A DNA stretch of 64,000 nucleotides from Squalus acanthias (lineage: Eukaryota). Of the stretch, positions 1 to 13,633 are shown piece after piece. A program made the position numbers and the translations under genes. Below the pieces are notes generated by a model. That model saw nothing but the letters and a program-made list of their open reading frames with translations, did not search any database and had not been told where the DNA came from. Where the stretch lies: contig CM059433.1 in the NCBI GenBank assembly GCA_030390025.1, positions 16,184,001 to 16,248,000 of the forward strand, written 5' to 3'. Each line of letters opens with the position of its first letter. The stretch's first letter is position 1.

Positions 1-18
1 GAGATCGGCAAATGTTGC
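1..18 (-). CDS. ACP1: ACP1 coding exon 2, 5' part (runs off the window edge)
   Basis: Minus strand reads polypyrimidine tract ...ttctcttccttttttaag|GC AAC ATT TGC CGA TCT C. Joined to the phase-1 G of exon 1 it gives G-N-I-C-R-S, completing the LMW-PTP P-loop CLGNICRS. Confidence 0.93.
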
Positions 19-529
19 CTTAAAAAAGGAAGAGAATTTAAAATGTGTCTTTTATCAACGGTTTGCTCTCAAATGTTATATTTTGCTAACACGTATAGCA
101 CAGTTTTAAGTATGTGAAATCCCTGTACTTGACAGGACCAAAATAGATTAATGATCTGTATGTAAAATTAAACTCTAGCTAGTTCCAGCTGTTGTGGATA
201 ATTAAGATACATATAGAAAAAGATTCTCAATAGAGGTGAACTTATTAAAAAGCAGCAATTTTCACACTTTTAGCTCTTGCACAGACAGAATCACTGTATA
301 AGCCACATAAAATAGTTTCACTTACACTAAGTAGTATGAAAAAGAACTACTGTACTATTAAAGAGGCTACATCAGCATTTTGTTTCCTCAGCACAGGTTT
401 ACCTCAGACAAAGCCAATAGTGGCTTACGTCCCAATCTATATTCAGGTGTTGCGGACTAGACTGACTGGATGAGACCTTTTACCAGTATGTTTGTACTTT
501 TACCATCTACACCATCAGGAACAGGATTT

Positions 530-1200
530 TGCCATTTAACAGCTCAAACCTGTTCCCACCAATAAATCAGATCATAGCTGATCTCCACCTTAAATCTATT
601 TACTTGCCTTTGATCGATATTCCTTGATACCCTTACCTAACAAGAATCTATCAAGCTCACACAATATTTTAGTTGACCCAGTATCCACAGTCTTTGGTGA
701 GAGAAATTTCCAGATTTCCACTAGTCTGTAAAAAGTGCTTCCCAATTTCATTCCTAAATGGTCTAGCTCTAATTTTAAGATTGTTCTGGATTCCCCAACC
801 AAAGCAAATTGCTTCTCTGTATTTACCCTATTGAATCCCTTTATCATTTTCAATATCTCAATTAGATCACTCCTCAACCTTCTAAACTCAAGAGAATACA
901 AGCCACGCTTATGCAATCTGTCCTCATAATTTAGCCCTTTAAGGACTGGAATCATCATGATGAACCTGTGCTGCACCCCTTCCCAACGCCAATATATCCT
1001 TCCTGAGGTGCAGTGCCCAAAACTGAACACAGTCCTCTAGATGGGGTCAGGCCAAGACCCTATACAACTAAAGAATTAATTCCTCACTTTTGTATTCCAG
1101 TCCCCTGGAGATAAAGGCAAATGTTCAATTAGCCCTCTTGATTACTTTTTGTACCCATGCACTAGCTTTTAGCGATGAGTGCATATGGACACCTTTGCTC
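530..1200 (-). mobile_element. CR1-type LINE 3' fragment in ACP1 intron 1
   Basis: ORF 596-1030 carries CR1 ORF2 C-terminal motifs (YEDRL..GLYSLEFRRLRSDLIE). Confidence 0.85.
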
Positions 1201-1494
1201 CGCCAGTTCAAAGTCTCTTTCCATGAAGAAAATATTCTGATTTGTCTTTCTTGGATCTAAAGTGTTCCTTCATATGCCAGAGTCACCTTATTGGGGCAGA
1301 AGGAGAAATGCATTTTTCACAAATTGAACCATTACCGACCCTCCTGTATGGCAGGAGGGTCAGTAACCAGAGGAGACAGATTCAAGGCAAAAGAACCAGA
1401 GGGGCGATTCTAAGAATTTTTTGACGCAGCAAGTTATGATCTGGAACGCATTGCCTGAAAGGGTGGTGGAAACAGATTCCATAATAACTTTCAA

Positions 1495-1800
1495 CAACTT
1501 GTATTTATATAGCGCCTTCAACATAGTAAATCGTCCCAAGGCATTTCACAGGAGCACATAAAACAAAATTTGACACCGAGCCACATCAGGAGATATTAGG
1601 GCAGATGACCAAATAGCTTGGTCAAAAAGGGAAGATTTAAGCAGCATCTTAAAAGGAAGAAAGAGAGGTAGAGAGCGAGGCGGAGAGGTTTAGAGAGGGA
1701 ATTCCAGAGCTTAGGACCTCGGCAACTGAAGGCTAGGGCCGCCAAAGGTGGAGCGATTAAAATCGGGGATGCTCAAGAGGGCAGAATTGGACTGACCAGA
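1495..1800 (-). mobile_element. L2-type LINE 3' end nested in a CR1 3' fragment
   Basis: Reverse complement of the ...GGCGCTATATAAATACAAGTTG tail also seen at the end of the L2 at 18530-19243. CR1 3' sequence flanks it on both sides (1320-1490, 1815-1965). Confidence 0.7.
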
Positions 1801-2345
1801 GATCTGGGGGGGGTGGCTTTCAAATGGAAATTGGATAAATACTTTGTAAAAAAAAAAGATAAATTTGCAGGGCTATGGGGAAAAGAGAAGGGGAGTGGGT
1901 CTAATTGGATAGCTCTTCCATTGAGCCGGCACTGGCACGATGGGCCCCTTCTATGCTTTATGGTTCTACCAGTGACAATCTGATCAGTGACAGAGCCAAA
2001 GTGGAGCAGTTGCCGGAGGAGTGACACCGTTCAAAGCGTGCAGGTGCAGGAACGAGAACCCCCCCCAAGAGGTATTACGGCTTTTAAATTAAAGTGACCG
2101 CCAGAGGAGAGTAGAGGTGTTGAGTCGCGGTGCGGGTAAGCAGCCCAGTGCCGGGCGGACAATGTGGCCTTGCCGTGGAGGCGGAACCGAGCGCCGCACC
2201 GAGGAAGGCGGGACAGGGACCAGGGAGCAGGGACAGGGTGGCCGGGATCCAGCTGGGGGGAGGAAAGGGCCGGGTAAGCCGATTCCCGTGCACCGCGCGT
2301 GTTGAGAAAGCAGGCGGCCCCGCCGCGGGTCAGCGAACCGTTTAC

Positions 2346-2385
2346 CCAAACAGACGAAGAGAACCGACTTCTGCCCGGCCGCCAT
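2346..2385 (-). CDS. ACP1: ACP1 (low molecular weight phosphotyrosine protein phosphatase) coding exon 1
   Basis: ATG at 2385 gives MAAGQKSVLFVCL-G, then donor G|GTAAAC at 2345. This matches the ACP1 N-terminus (KSVLFVCLG) and splices in frame to 1-18. Confidence 0.95.
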
Positions 2386-2529
2386 TTTCCCGGCTCCTCG
2401 CTAGAGCGCCGCGTCACTGCCAGATCAACACCCACTACCACCACCACCCCCTATTAATTGATTCATGCAGATTGTAGTCTAATTTTTTCAAACAGAGGGG
2501 CATGTGTTAAAACATATTTTTTTTTAACC

Positions 2530-2727
2530 ACATGCAGCTCTCGCAGTTCCTAACTATTCGGCACGTCCACGGACAGCTACTGCGAGGTCCATCGAGCGCC
2601 TGCTGCCAGGTGTGGTAGTTCAGGTGAAGCTCAGGAGGAAGAAGTCAACATGCACTGACTGGATGGGCTGAGATTCTGATAGGCCGAATTTAAAGGTTTT
2701 AGACGATCATTATTTATAAAGAAAAAA
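2530..2727 (+). other. SH3YL1: Probable SH3YL1 exon 1 (5'UTR plus the A of the ATG); start coordinate approximate
   Basis: Consensus donor gaaaaaA|GTAAGT at 2727/2728. The A joined to exon 2 (TGAATCCA...) gives ATG AAT CCA. An in-frame TAG at 2700-2702 excludes an upstream start in this exon. Confidence 0.65.
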
Positions 2728-2879
2728 GTAAGTTTTGTTTTGCTTTTATTATTAGAATGGTACACAGTTTTTGGAGAAACACTTCTTGTGGCTGTTCTAA
2801 AGCGTGATTTTTGTGGTGCAACAGTTCTACTTTGGCCACAGTTGATATTGAAAGGTGAAATACTGCGAATTCCACTTCA

Positions 2880-3430
2880 CAGAATGATACATCATAGAAG
2901 GAGGCCCTTCTTTCAAAGAGCTAGCTAATTATTCCCACTCCCTGTTCTTTCCGCATAATCCACCACCAAATTATAATTTTTCTAGTATTTATCCAATTCC
3001 CTTTTGAAAGTTATTTTAGAATCTGCTTCCACCACCCTTTTCGGGCAGTGCATTCCACAGCACAACTCATTACGTATTTTTTTCCCCCCTCATGTCGCCT
3101 CTGGTTCCTTTGCCAATTACCTTAACACTGTGTCCTGGTTACTGACCATTCTGTCACTGGAAACAGTTTTTCCTTAGTTACTCATCAAAAACCTTCATGA
3201 TTTTGAACACCTTTATCAATTCTCCCCTTAACCTTCTGTGCTCGAAGGAGAACAACCCCAGTTTCTCTAGTCTCTCCACATAAGTGAAGTCTTTTATCCT
3301 AGTAAATCTGCTCTGCACTCTATTACGGCTTTGATATCCTTCCTAAAGTGTGGTGCCGAGAATTGGCCACAGTACTCCAGTGAACCAGTGATTTGTAAAG
3401 GTTTAGCATAATTTCCTTACTTTTTATACT
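2880..3430 (-). mobile_element. CR1-type LINE 3' fragment
   Basis: Reverse complement of the CR1 tail (gaatgcactgcccgaaaagggtggtggaagcagattc...). Confidence 0.75.
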
Positions 3431-3432
3431 CT

Positions 3433-4113
3433 GGGCAGGTATTTGCTGTGGGTAATAACTGCGAGCTAACAGCTTTCACTGTTATTTAAAACTGACCGCA
3501 ACTTCAGCATGCGCATCTAAATGCGGAAATCGTGAATTTGCGGTCAGTCATTCACTGCTCTGACATTAGCTGCGCTGTGCCCCCCCCCAGCCGGTAATCA
3601 GTGAAAACTTGGGCAATTCTGCGGTAATATCGCTGTTAAATACCCCATCAAAAGTTCGGCTTTGTTGGATTAGGTGTAACAGGGGTTTTAACAGCGTATT
3701 GACTGCTAAACAAACATTAATGTTTTGGAGTATCAAATTTCTCCATTATTTTAAAAATTACAATTTTAAAATATTTTTTAAAAGTTTGTTCATATTTATT
3801 TCAGGTTTACCTTTTCCTCATGTGAGAGCCCCAATCTTTGTTTTGCTCTCTATAACATTTTTAAAAAGTCCGAATAAAAGCAGCTTCTTTACTCCCTGGT
3901 TCGCTGTCTATGAGAATTCTGCATTGTGACTGGCTGCTTAGACAGCTTGTTGATGTCACAGCAGAGCGCTCCAGGAATTCCCCATTATATTACACTTGCG
4001 TGTCGAAAAAGGCAAACTTCTCGACACAGAGATTGCGAGATCTTTGTGAGCAGCTTTCTTCGGGGGCCAGCGGCGAACGCCTTTGCTTCACCACTGACTG
4101 CAAATTCCGGGCC
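3433..4113. mobile_element. Harbinger-like MITE (degenerate ends)
   Basis: Ends GGGCAGGTATTTGC ... GCAAATTCCGGGCC. Right end resembles the reverse complement of the left end of the element at 7293. TSD not clear. Confidence 0.6.
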
Positions 4114-4659
4114 AATTATTGGTCTCGCTGAACTATTCCCTGTGGCAATGCATCCATGGCCTAACGATTCTTTCTGTAATAGAAATTTCACTGAACCTCT
4201 CCCTTTGCTCTCTTAGTGACTGTTTTAATTTGATGACCCCTCGTTACCGACTTACCAACCAGAAGAAATAGCTATTCACCCTATCAAAACCCATCATACT
4301 TTTAAAAAGATCTAATAAATCTCCACTTAACCTTCTCTGCTCCAGTGGAAATAGTCCCATTATTTCAAGTCTCTCTCGTAACTGTATTTTTCATCCCTTG
4401 TGAATCAACATTATATGCTCTCTGACTTTAATATCCTTTCTACAATGGGGTATCCAAAGTTCTTGGTGTTCTAACTATGGCCTAACCATGGCTTTGTACA
4501 AATATATGATAATCTCTTTGCTCTTGTGGTCCTATTTATAGAATCCAAAATTCTATTAGCCTTTACTGATGGCTTCCATCTTTAAGGAATAACATATTTG
4601 CACCCAGGTCTCTGTTCCTCCACATCCTTTAGCATCTTTCCATTGAATGTATACTCTCA

Positions 4660-6141
4660 GATTTTTCAAATACCATCGATTCTGGAACGGTTCCCGCGGA
4701 TTGGAAGGTAGCAAATGTAACCCCACTATTTAAGAAAGGAGGGAGAGAGAAAACGGGGAACTACAGACCAGTTAGCCTGACATCAGTAGTAGGGAAAATG
4801 CTAGAATCCATTATTAAGGACATGGTAACAGGGCACTTAGCAAATAATAATAGGATTGGGCAGAGTCAACACAGATTTATGAAAGGGAAATCGTGTTTGA
4901 CAAATCTGTTAGAGTTTTTTGAGGTTGTAACTAGCAGAATAGATGAAGGGGAACCAGTGGATGTGGTATATTTGGATTTTCAGAAGGCATTGGATAAGGT
5001 GCCACACAAGAGTTTATTAAACAAAATTAGGGCTCATGGGATTGGGGGTAATATACTAGCATGGATTGAGGATTGGTTAACGGACAGAAAACAGAGAGTA
5101 GGAATAAATGGGTCATTTTCGGGTTGGCAGGCTGTAACTAGTGGGGTACCACAAGGATCAGTGCTTGGGCCTCAGCTATTTACAATCTACATCAGTGATT
5201 CAGATGAGGGGACCAAATGCAATATATCCAGGTCTGCTGCTGATACAGAGCTGGGTGGGAATGTAAGTTGTGAGGAGGATGCAAGGAGGCTTCCAGGGGA
5301 TATAAACAGGCTAAGTGAGTGGACACGAACGTGGCAAATGGAATATAATGTGGAGAAATGTGAAGTTATCCACTTTGGTAGGAAAAATAGAAAAGCAGAG
5401 TATTTTTTAAATGGTGAGAGATTGGGAAATGTTGGTGTTCAGAGGGACCTGGGTGTCCTTGTACACGAATCACTGAAAGTTAACATGCAGATACAGCAAG
5501 CAATTAGGAAAGCAAATGGTATGTTGTCCTTTATTACAAGAGTAAAGACGTCTTACTGCAATTATATAGGGCCCTGGTGAGACCACACCTGGAATATTGT
5601 GTATAGGTTTGGTCTCCTTACCCAAGGAAGGATATACTTGCCATAGAGGGAGTGCAACGAAGGTTCACCAGACTGATTCCTGGGATGGGGGGATTGTCCT
5701 ATGAGGAGAGATTGAGTAGACTAGGCCTATATTCCCTAGAGTTTAGAAGAATGAGAGGTGATCTCATTGAAACATACAAAATTCTTACAAGGCTTGACAG
5801 GGTAGATGCAGGGAGGATGTTTCCCCTGGCTGGGGAGTCGAGAACCAGGGGTCACAGTCTCAGAATAAGGGGTCGGCCATTTAGAACTGAGATGAGGTGA
5901 AGTTTCTTCACTCAGAGGGTGGTGAATCTTTGGAATTCTCTACCCCAGAGAGCTGTGGAGGCTCAGTCGTTGAGTATATTCAAGACAGAGATCGATAGAT
6001 TTTTGAATATTAAGGGAATCAAGGGATATGGGGATAGTGCAGGAAAGTGGAGATGAGGTAGAAGATCAGCTATGATCTTATTGAATGGCAGAGCAAGCTC
6101 AAATGGCCTACTCCTGCTCCTATTTCTTATGTTCTTATGTT
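4660..6141 (+). mobile_element. 5'-truncated CR1-type LINE (RT domain and 3' UTR)
   Basis: ORF 4798-5580 has RT motifs ([26 protein letters not shown]), followed by the C-terminal ORF 5652-5900 and a (TTCTTATG)n tail. Confidence 0.95.
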
Positions 6142-6924
6142 CAATCCTTGCTTTCTCTCCCAAAATGCATTATCTTACAATTCTCATCAATAAATTGCAT
6201 CTGGCACTTGTCTCCTTGCTTAGCTAATCTGTCTATGTACTCCTGAATTCTTTTACAGTCTCCCTTTCTGATTTCAGGAACTTTCACGATCAAGTTTCCT
6301 ATTTCCAAGTTTAAATCATCTATGAATATGGAATATAAATGTGGACTCAGGACTGGCCACTAGGGTACACGGACTCCTATTCTCTTCTAATCCAATGCTA
6401 TTCCATTGTTCCCTGTCTATTAACCAATGTTCTGTCCATGCTGCTACATTTCCTCTACACCATATGCCTTAAATTTTGTAACAAGCATCCTTTTGACAAC
6501 TTATCAAACGTCTTCTGAAAATCTATAAACACTACTACGTCTATTGCATTTCTTCTTTTAGTACAGTCAATCCTTTTTCAAACACAGCTTACTTTTAATA
6601 AATCCATACTGGCTGTCTTTGACCATCTTGCATATCTTTAAATGCTCGCTAATCTGATCTTGAACTATGGATTCTAAATCTGGATTCTATTTACAATTCA
6701 TGTTGGTCTAACTGGTCTGTACTTACTCTGTTTATCATTCACTTCCTTCTCAAATAGAACTGTTATAATGGCTATCCTCCAGTCCCCTGACACAATTTGC
6801 ATCTCTAAGCAGGATTGAAAAATCTGAGCCTCTGCTATCTCCCTTGCAAATTCAACACCTTCGGGTTCATTTTTCAGGACCAAAACCCTATCTGTAAAAA
6901 AATTTTTTGCACCCTCCTCTGGTA

Positions 6925-7235
6925 TCCCTCAGCCGAGAGGTCAATAACCAGGGGGCATAGATTTAAAGTAATTGGTAGAAGGATTAGAGGGGAGTTGGGT
7001 AGAACTTTTTTCACCCAGAGGGTGGAGGGGGTCTGGAACTCACTGCCTGAAAGAGTAGTAGAGGCAGAAACCCTCATCGCATTTAAAAAGTACTTAGGTT
7101 ACAGCACTTCAAGTGCCTATCCAACACCAAGAGCTGGAAAGTGGGATTAAACTGGAGAGCTCTTTTTCGGCCGGCACAGGCATGATGGGCCAAATGGCCT
7201 CCTTCTGTGCTGTAAATTTCTATGATTCTGTGATC
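6925..7235 (+). mobile_element. CR1-type LINE 3' end
   Basis: TRGHRFKV..FFTQRVEGVWNSLP motif and ttctatgattctgtga tail. Confidence 0.85.
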
Positions 7236-7292
7236 CCTACATTCTTGCTTCCATCGTCATTAGTAAAAACTGATACAAAACATTTTATTATT

Positions 7293-8069
7293 GGCCCGGA
7301 TTTTGCAGTCAGTGGCGAACGAACGGCACTCGCCATTCGTTGCACTTACACTTGCCCGCAGACCTTTTGTGGGTTTTTGCACTGGAACTTGCAGTTATTA
7401 GAGAGTCAAAATAGCACAGCACACTCTACAGGGTATCTGGAACCTGTGTGAACAGGACAAGCAATGGTGTGTCTCCTTAACCAATTAGATTTGAAGAATC
7501 CTTACTGAGACATGCAGAGTCTGAACCAGGAAATGTAAATTAGAATAGTTAATTCAATGTCAAATTGTGTAGAGAAAGCAAAATAAAGAGATAGAAAGAA
7601 AAAATGGGATTAAGAGAGAGAGAGATGAGAGACAGAAAGAAAAAGTAAAAAAAAAAATTAATTTAATTATTTAAAATGTCCAACAATAATTAAAATCTGA
7701 AGGAATGAGACTCCATACTTGTTAAAATTAATTTTCAGTGCCAGAGAGGTTGTTTAGCAGTAATGAAGATGTATCACGCCATTAAAATTCACTTACACCT
7801 GAAAGGACAATCCCTAACTTTTTCTGGCATGTTTAGTGGGTATCTACTGGGTAAGTACCACAACTTCAGGCCCTTCGTGTATTTCAATGCCGAGTCTCTC
7901 AGCGAGATACTCTTACAACGAAGCTTCTGGAGGAGCAGGGCATCTCTGACAGGAACTTCTTGATTTCCACATTTAATTGTGCGGATGCTGGAAGTTGCTG
8001 TCTGATTCACTTCTTAATAATGGTGAGTGCTGATAGCCTCACCATTATTTCTACCACAAAATCCGGGCC
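7293..8069. mobile_element. Harbinger-like MITE
   Basis: Perfect inverted ends GGCCCGGATTTTG ... CAAAATCCGGGCC, flanked by ATT/AAT; no coding capacity. Confidence 0.8.
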
Positions 8070-10128
8070 AATATCTCTGCCATACCTTCATCCTTCACAA
8101 CTATACACTCCCCTATTCATCCCTGAACTGTTCTCTCCATTTTAATTGTTATTTTACTTTTAATATGTTTATAAAAACAGTACTATTTCCTTTTATATTA
8201 TTTGCTAGTCTTTTTTTATTTATTTTTAGTCCTTCTAACCTACCTACAACACTTTCTGTATTTCTTATGTTTTTTTCACTTTTGTTGGCCCTATTTTTAT
8301 CATATGCCTTCCTTTTAAATTTGTTTAATTTTAATCCACTGAACTCTACCCTTTGAATCTATCCCCTTTTCACTTTATAGGAATATACCTTTTTCGTGCT
8401 CCATCAATTTTATATTTGAAGACTCCCCACTGTTGATCTTGTGACCTGTTTGCTAATTTTCCCACCCATTAGATTCCTTCTTCTCATTGAACTTTGTATT
8501 TTCCAGTCCAACACCTTCAGCTTTCACTCATTGTTATCCTTTCCTCCTCACGTTGAACCTAACTATGTTCTGGTTGCTATTTCACAATTGTTTTCCTATC
8601 TTCACCACCTCAATTAATTTTCCCATTTAATTTCCCCCAACTAAGTCGAGCAACGTTTCTTTCCTTGGACTGGAAAAAATAATGCTCTAGGAAGCATTCT
8701 TGAATGCATTCTAAAAAGTGTTCCTCACTTTGACCAATAGATTACCTTTTCCTTTGTCTGTCTTGGAATAGTTAAAATAATCCAATACTTTTGCCCTACT
8801 GTTCTTGCAAGTCTCTCTGAACTGTCTACAGAACTCCCCCGCCCCCTCCCTATCTCACTTAAACTGTTTGCTGGTATATAATGCACGTGGAGAATTGTAT
8901 CATTTTCCTTTGTAATGATTTGGATTTTGCATGAGGTGATTTTTTTTTAAAACTTGTATCATTTCTCTCAGCATCTTTCTCAACAATAAGCCTGAAACCA
9001 GGGGCCTGTTACCATGGTGAGTTGGGATGCTTATTAATAAACAAAAGTAGGACACGTGCTGAGGAGCCTCGTACTCATATTGAAGGGTAGTAAATTTGCT
9101 AGCTCGATGGACTGAAATCCTCCATTTCACAGACTTAAAGCAGGTGACAGAGCAGTCAGTCTATGTCTGTCACTTTCTCTCTCTCTGACAAAAGGAGTGG
9201 GCTGTGGGCTCAAAGCAGCAACCAGAAGCTGCGTGTTATGGTTTAAAAGTTTAGGCCAGCTAACTTCGATAGCTTTTCTAGGGAAGGTGAGCCAAGCTAG
9301 AGGAGGTGAGCCAGTGTTCAACGAGTTAGTAAGTTGCATCCTTATTGTTTTTCATAACCAAGGAGCGTAGGAAGATTGATTATTCTCATTGTGAAAACTG
9401 TATACTGTGCATTCGTGTATCTTGTGTAAAATGAACCAGTTATTGGTTTTAATGCACACTGAGGGTTCTCTGTTATGAACCCTGGATCATGCAACCGTTT
9501 AACTAGACATTGTGTACACTCTAGATTGTAGTTGATATGAGGTGTGCTTATAGGAGTAACCATTTATGCTGCAGATCTAGCACAAAAACCCCAAAATTGT
9601 GCCCCCTTCCCAGATTTTCTATTTTTTTCCCCCTACTTTGCTTTTTTTGCTTTCTTTTGTTCCCTCATCTTGTTTTTCCTTCCTCCCTGCCATATTAGTT
9701 TAAACCCTCCTCCATTGCACAAACTATTCTTCTCGCTAGGATACTGGTCCCAGCCCTGTTGATGAAGCCTGTCCATTCTGTACAAGACTACTCCTGTCCC
9801 AGAACTGATCTCTGTGCCATTCACTCCTACATTATCTCTGCAGCCATGCATTTACCTCCATTACCTTGCTATTTGTATGCTGACTAGCATAGGCTGCCAT
9901 TAGTAATCTGGAAATGACTACCCTTGCCATCTTGCTCTTTAACCTGTGTCCCCATTCCCAAAACTCCTTTTACAAGACCTCCAATTCTGATCCTTCATGT
10001 ATCATTGGTTCCATCAAAAGCCATGACTACTGGCTGTTTCCCTTTCCTCTCCAAAATCTCTTGCAGCAGCTCCATGATAGGTTAGTTCATGCTAACTGAC
10101 TCGAGCCAACCCACAGGTAAGCCTCTAA

Positions 10129-10864
10129 GGGCTTTGATTTTGATACTGGGGCGGGTTGGGGTCGTGTCATCCGCATTTCGTGTTATCCACCCGACTGCAA
10201 TTGGGTGTGGGAGATTGATGCAATTTTCACCTAATTGGGCAATTGAGTTCCAGCATGTGGGAACCCATGAACCAATTAGTGGTTTCAGTCTGAAAGTCGC
10301 CTCTGATGATGTCATCATTGCTGCTGCATTGAAGGTCAGAGACTGCCTGGCCTTTGCTGTGAGAGGACCTGGATGCAAAATGAGCAGCAGCTCTCAAGAG
10401 AGAGAATTTTTTTTGCATCCAGGTCCTCTCACAGCAAAGGCCAGGCAGTCTCTGAAGACCTTCAATGCAGCAGCATCAGAGGCGACTTTCAGACCTAATA
10501 CTACTACCTTCATCACATCTCCGTTGTAATAGTGGACCTGCAGCTGATAGTCAGCTATCCAAATGTGCTCCCGCCAGGTTTCACAATCGTGGTTCAGAAC
10601 AGGTGTGCTTCACGTAGATCAAGGGTTAAAATCACAAAGGCCTTTCAAAATGGCATTATAGAGCCAATTTAGTGCTTGTTAAGGGCCTTAACAGCCTATC
10701 CCGCCTCTTAAAGGCGGGACGGAGTCGGGACCAGCAGACACGATTTAATGAAAATTGCGTGGAGGCGGGATGGAGGCGGACTTGTGCCCGCCCGCCAGTT
10801 TTCGCAATTTTAACCCCCCACACGCCTCCAAACCCGCCTCCACGGGTCAATGAAAATCCAGCCC
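10129..10864. mobile_element. Harbinger-like MITE with TAA TSD and internal hairpin
   Basis: TAA|GGGCTTTGATTTTGA ... TGAAAATCCAGCCC|TAA. Confidence 0.75.
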
Positions 10865-12953
10865 TAAATGTACAAATTGAAACAATTCCTAGTATTGAAC
10901 AAATAAAATGAAATAAATTAAAATCAAAATACAGTAAAATAAATAGGAAAAAAAATCAGTATTTATGCCCTAATCATTCCCATTAAGACTAGATTCTCTC
11001 TGAACCTTTTGCACTTGACTAGTCTCTCACTGCACATCCCTATTACTAAAAATTGCTACTTTGGCATTATAAGTACAAGACAAAAGCATTTTGAAAAGTC
11101 TTTGAAGTCGCACATTATTTCCCTTACTTAAGCTCCAGCTGTTCAATGGCTACGTCCTTTCCACAGAGGTCACAGAAGAAACGTAGATTTTTTTTTTTGA
11201 CTTTGTTTTTCCTAGATCTGCTTATACAGTGGAAACTGTAAACAATGAGCCTTTATATTTTATATGTAATCCTTTACCTATGTATTTAACTTTTACCTCT
11301 TACTATTTTTAAAGCTAGGAATACACAGCAAGATAGTATGCAATATATATTAACGGGAGCTAGATAGCTGGTATGTAGCAGTAGTGGGGTGGGGAAATAT
11401 GGATTGGCTGTACTTGGGAGGCATTCCTGTGCTTCGGTAGCACTGGGGAATGGTCCTGGGAATTTGGCAAAATTGGGGTGGGATCTTGTTGTTTGACAAT
11501 ACTTCAGTGGGGTTGCTGGAGTTCGGCAGCATGGGGGTCCTTCAGTTTGGCAGCAATCTGCAAGTGGAATCTGAGATTTAGCACAATTGGACATTTTAAT
11601 GTGAGGTTTGGCTCACTGGTACAAACCTCTTTCACAATTATGGGGTAATATATTCTCACTAGAAAATAGCAGCTAATGTGTGTCACATAATGTGACACCT
11701 TTTCTTTGAAAAGTCCAATATCACCTGCAGGTACTTAAAGTGGGTTTTCCGTGAAATGCATGTGCCAGATACCACCTCTGGACCTCTCTGGTTTCAGACT
11801 GTGCGATATCATGGATGAGCCGCAATTTCCTCCAGTTAAACCTATTTCTCTATTCCTGGTGTCTGTTGGCAATAAGGGACGAGGCAGGGCATGAGCCTGA
11901 CAGCATTTCTTGGGACGGGCATACCATGTCTAGCAGCACTGGTTTGTGACTATCTAAAGGACCTAATGTAAAGATTGAATTTGGTGTTTTGTGACCGGTT
12001 TCTGGATGTGCGGCTTTGTTTTTCTTGCTCTTTCTCACAGCTATCAGAAAAGGTAAACGTTCTAATTACGAACCATCAACAAAACACAGGCAGTAATTAG
12101 AGCTTTCAAAATTTGACACTTCCTTTCATTTAAAAAAAATTAAATTAGGAAAGACACTGTGTGGTTGCGCATGTTTGTATGTGTCTCTTTGTCTAACAGC
12201 TCTTGGTAATTAGAATGTTTGTTTATATTTTCTAACTCCACATAACGGGTGACAATCAGGTAAGATAATACGAGGCTGTTCAAAAATGTACTTTTTTTAA
12301 AATTACATAACACTCTCTCTGTGTCCTTGATGCATTTCCTAAGGTTATAGAACACAAAACAAAAGCTAAAATAGATATATAATCTGTAGACTCTTTACAC
12401 AAGCGCATGCAAACACGCACATGATTTTCAGGTTTGTACTCTAGCTTTTATTCAAATAATTTTGAAAAACATTTGAACAGAAACCGCGAGAATATTCCAT
12501 CAATTAAGCTGACTGATACTGAGGCTTCCTGGAAAATTAAGCACTTTGCACACACTCCTACTGCGGAATCCAAATTCAGCTGATAGTCCTAGCTCCTGGG
12601 CAAAACATTTCAAGTCCAAGTCCAGGCTTTTGGGAGAGACTGAGACCTTGAAGTAAAAACTTTTACGATGCCATTAAAAGACACAAAAGAGAATTTAGTG
12701 GATACATTTTATTGTTATTGTGAAAAATGTAATTTTAAAAAATATTGCTAAACCCTTATTTTGGATATTGGAAATTTCAGTTACTGAAAAAAAAAATTTT
12801 GGAATGCATTTTGAGTGATTTGTGGGATCCTGGTAACAAAATTGCACAATTATGGGGCAATATATTCTCGCTATAAAATAGCAACTAATGTGTCTCGCAC
12901 ATTGTGCCACCTTTTCATTGAAAAGGCATATCACTGTATCACCTGCAGGAGTA

Positions 12954-13311
12954 CAGGAAACTCTTTATTAACCGGCACCGGCGTGGTGCCGGTTAATCAA
13001 AAAGTCCGGATAACAGAGAGTTATATCTACCAACGTACGAGAGCCCCGTACACATTGACATGTGCCTGCATTCAGGAGCTCCGTCTCCCCGGGGACCGCC
13101 AGCTGACCATCTGTCGTGTCCGCTGCCTACCCGGGCTGCACATTCCCCTCCCAATCTACACGCTCCGATACAAGGCAAACGCCTCGGGGTTTTTTTTTTT
13201 AAGTTAATCTGAAACGAGAGATGAAGGAAAACCCCGGTTACCTACTCAAGAATTTTGCCGGTTAAGAGAGATTTCCGGATATTTGGGTGCCGGTTAATAA
13301 AGAGTTTCCTG
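12954..13311. mobile_element. pogo/Tigger-like (Tc1/mariner) MITE
   Basis: TA|CAGGAAACTCTTTATTAACCGGCACC ... GGTGCCGGTTAATAAAGAGTTTCCTG|TA: perfect 26-bp TIR with TA TSD. Confidence 0.9.
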
Positions 13312-13633
13312 TAATAGGTACTGTAGGTACTTTAAAATGGGGTTTCCATGAAATGCACACGCCACTTAACAAATTTAACATGTAGTCAATCAACTGTCGT
13401 TTTCAGATGAAACGGGGTTAGAATATAGGGATAATTGAACCAACATGCACTTTCTCACATAATTCAGTTCTCATTTTAAAGTCATACATTCTGTCCTTGT
13501 TTTTATGTAATTCCATTATAAATTCCTGTGTCCACATTTATAATGGAAACTGCCTATGCAAATGCTGGAATGACACCCTCCTGCCAGTGATGACACTGAA
13601 GTACCTTCACTGATACGAGGCTGTGATTACAAT

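Larger units (their letters stand above)
2020..2730. promoter_or_regulatory. CpG-rich bidirectional promoter region shared by ACP1 and SH3YL1
   Basis: GC/CpG-rich stretch in an AT-rich background, spanning the ACP1 ATG and the candidate SH3YL1 first exon. A YY1-type AAAATGGCGG overlaps the ACP1 start on the minus strand. The head-to-head ACP1/SH3YL1 arrangement is known from mammals. Confidence 0.8.

Noticed and set aside
2089..2345. Remainder of the 98-aa ORF after MAAGQKSVLFVCLG
   Set aside because: Read-through into ACP1 intron 1; the true frame splices at 2345 to position 18.
12041..12052. 12-nt microexon candidate (ctcacag|CTATCAGAAAAG|gtaaac)
   Set aside because: Splice-like motifs only. 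Inclusion in SH3YL1 would destroy the A|TG start, and there is no other support; noted only within the triplication finding.
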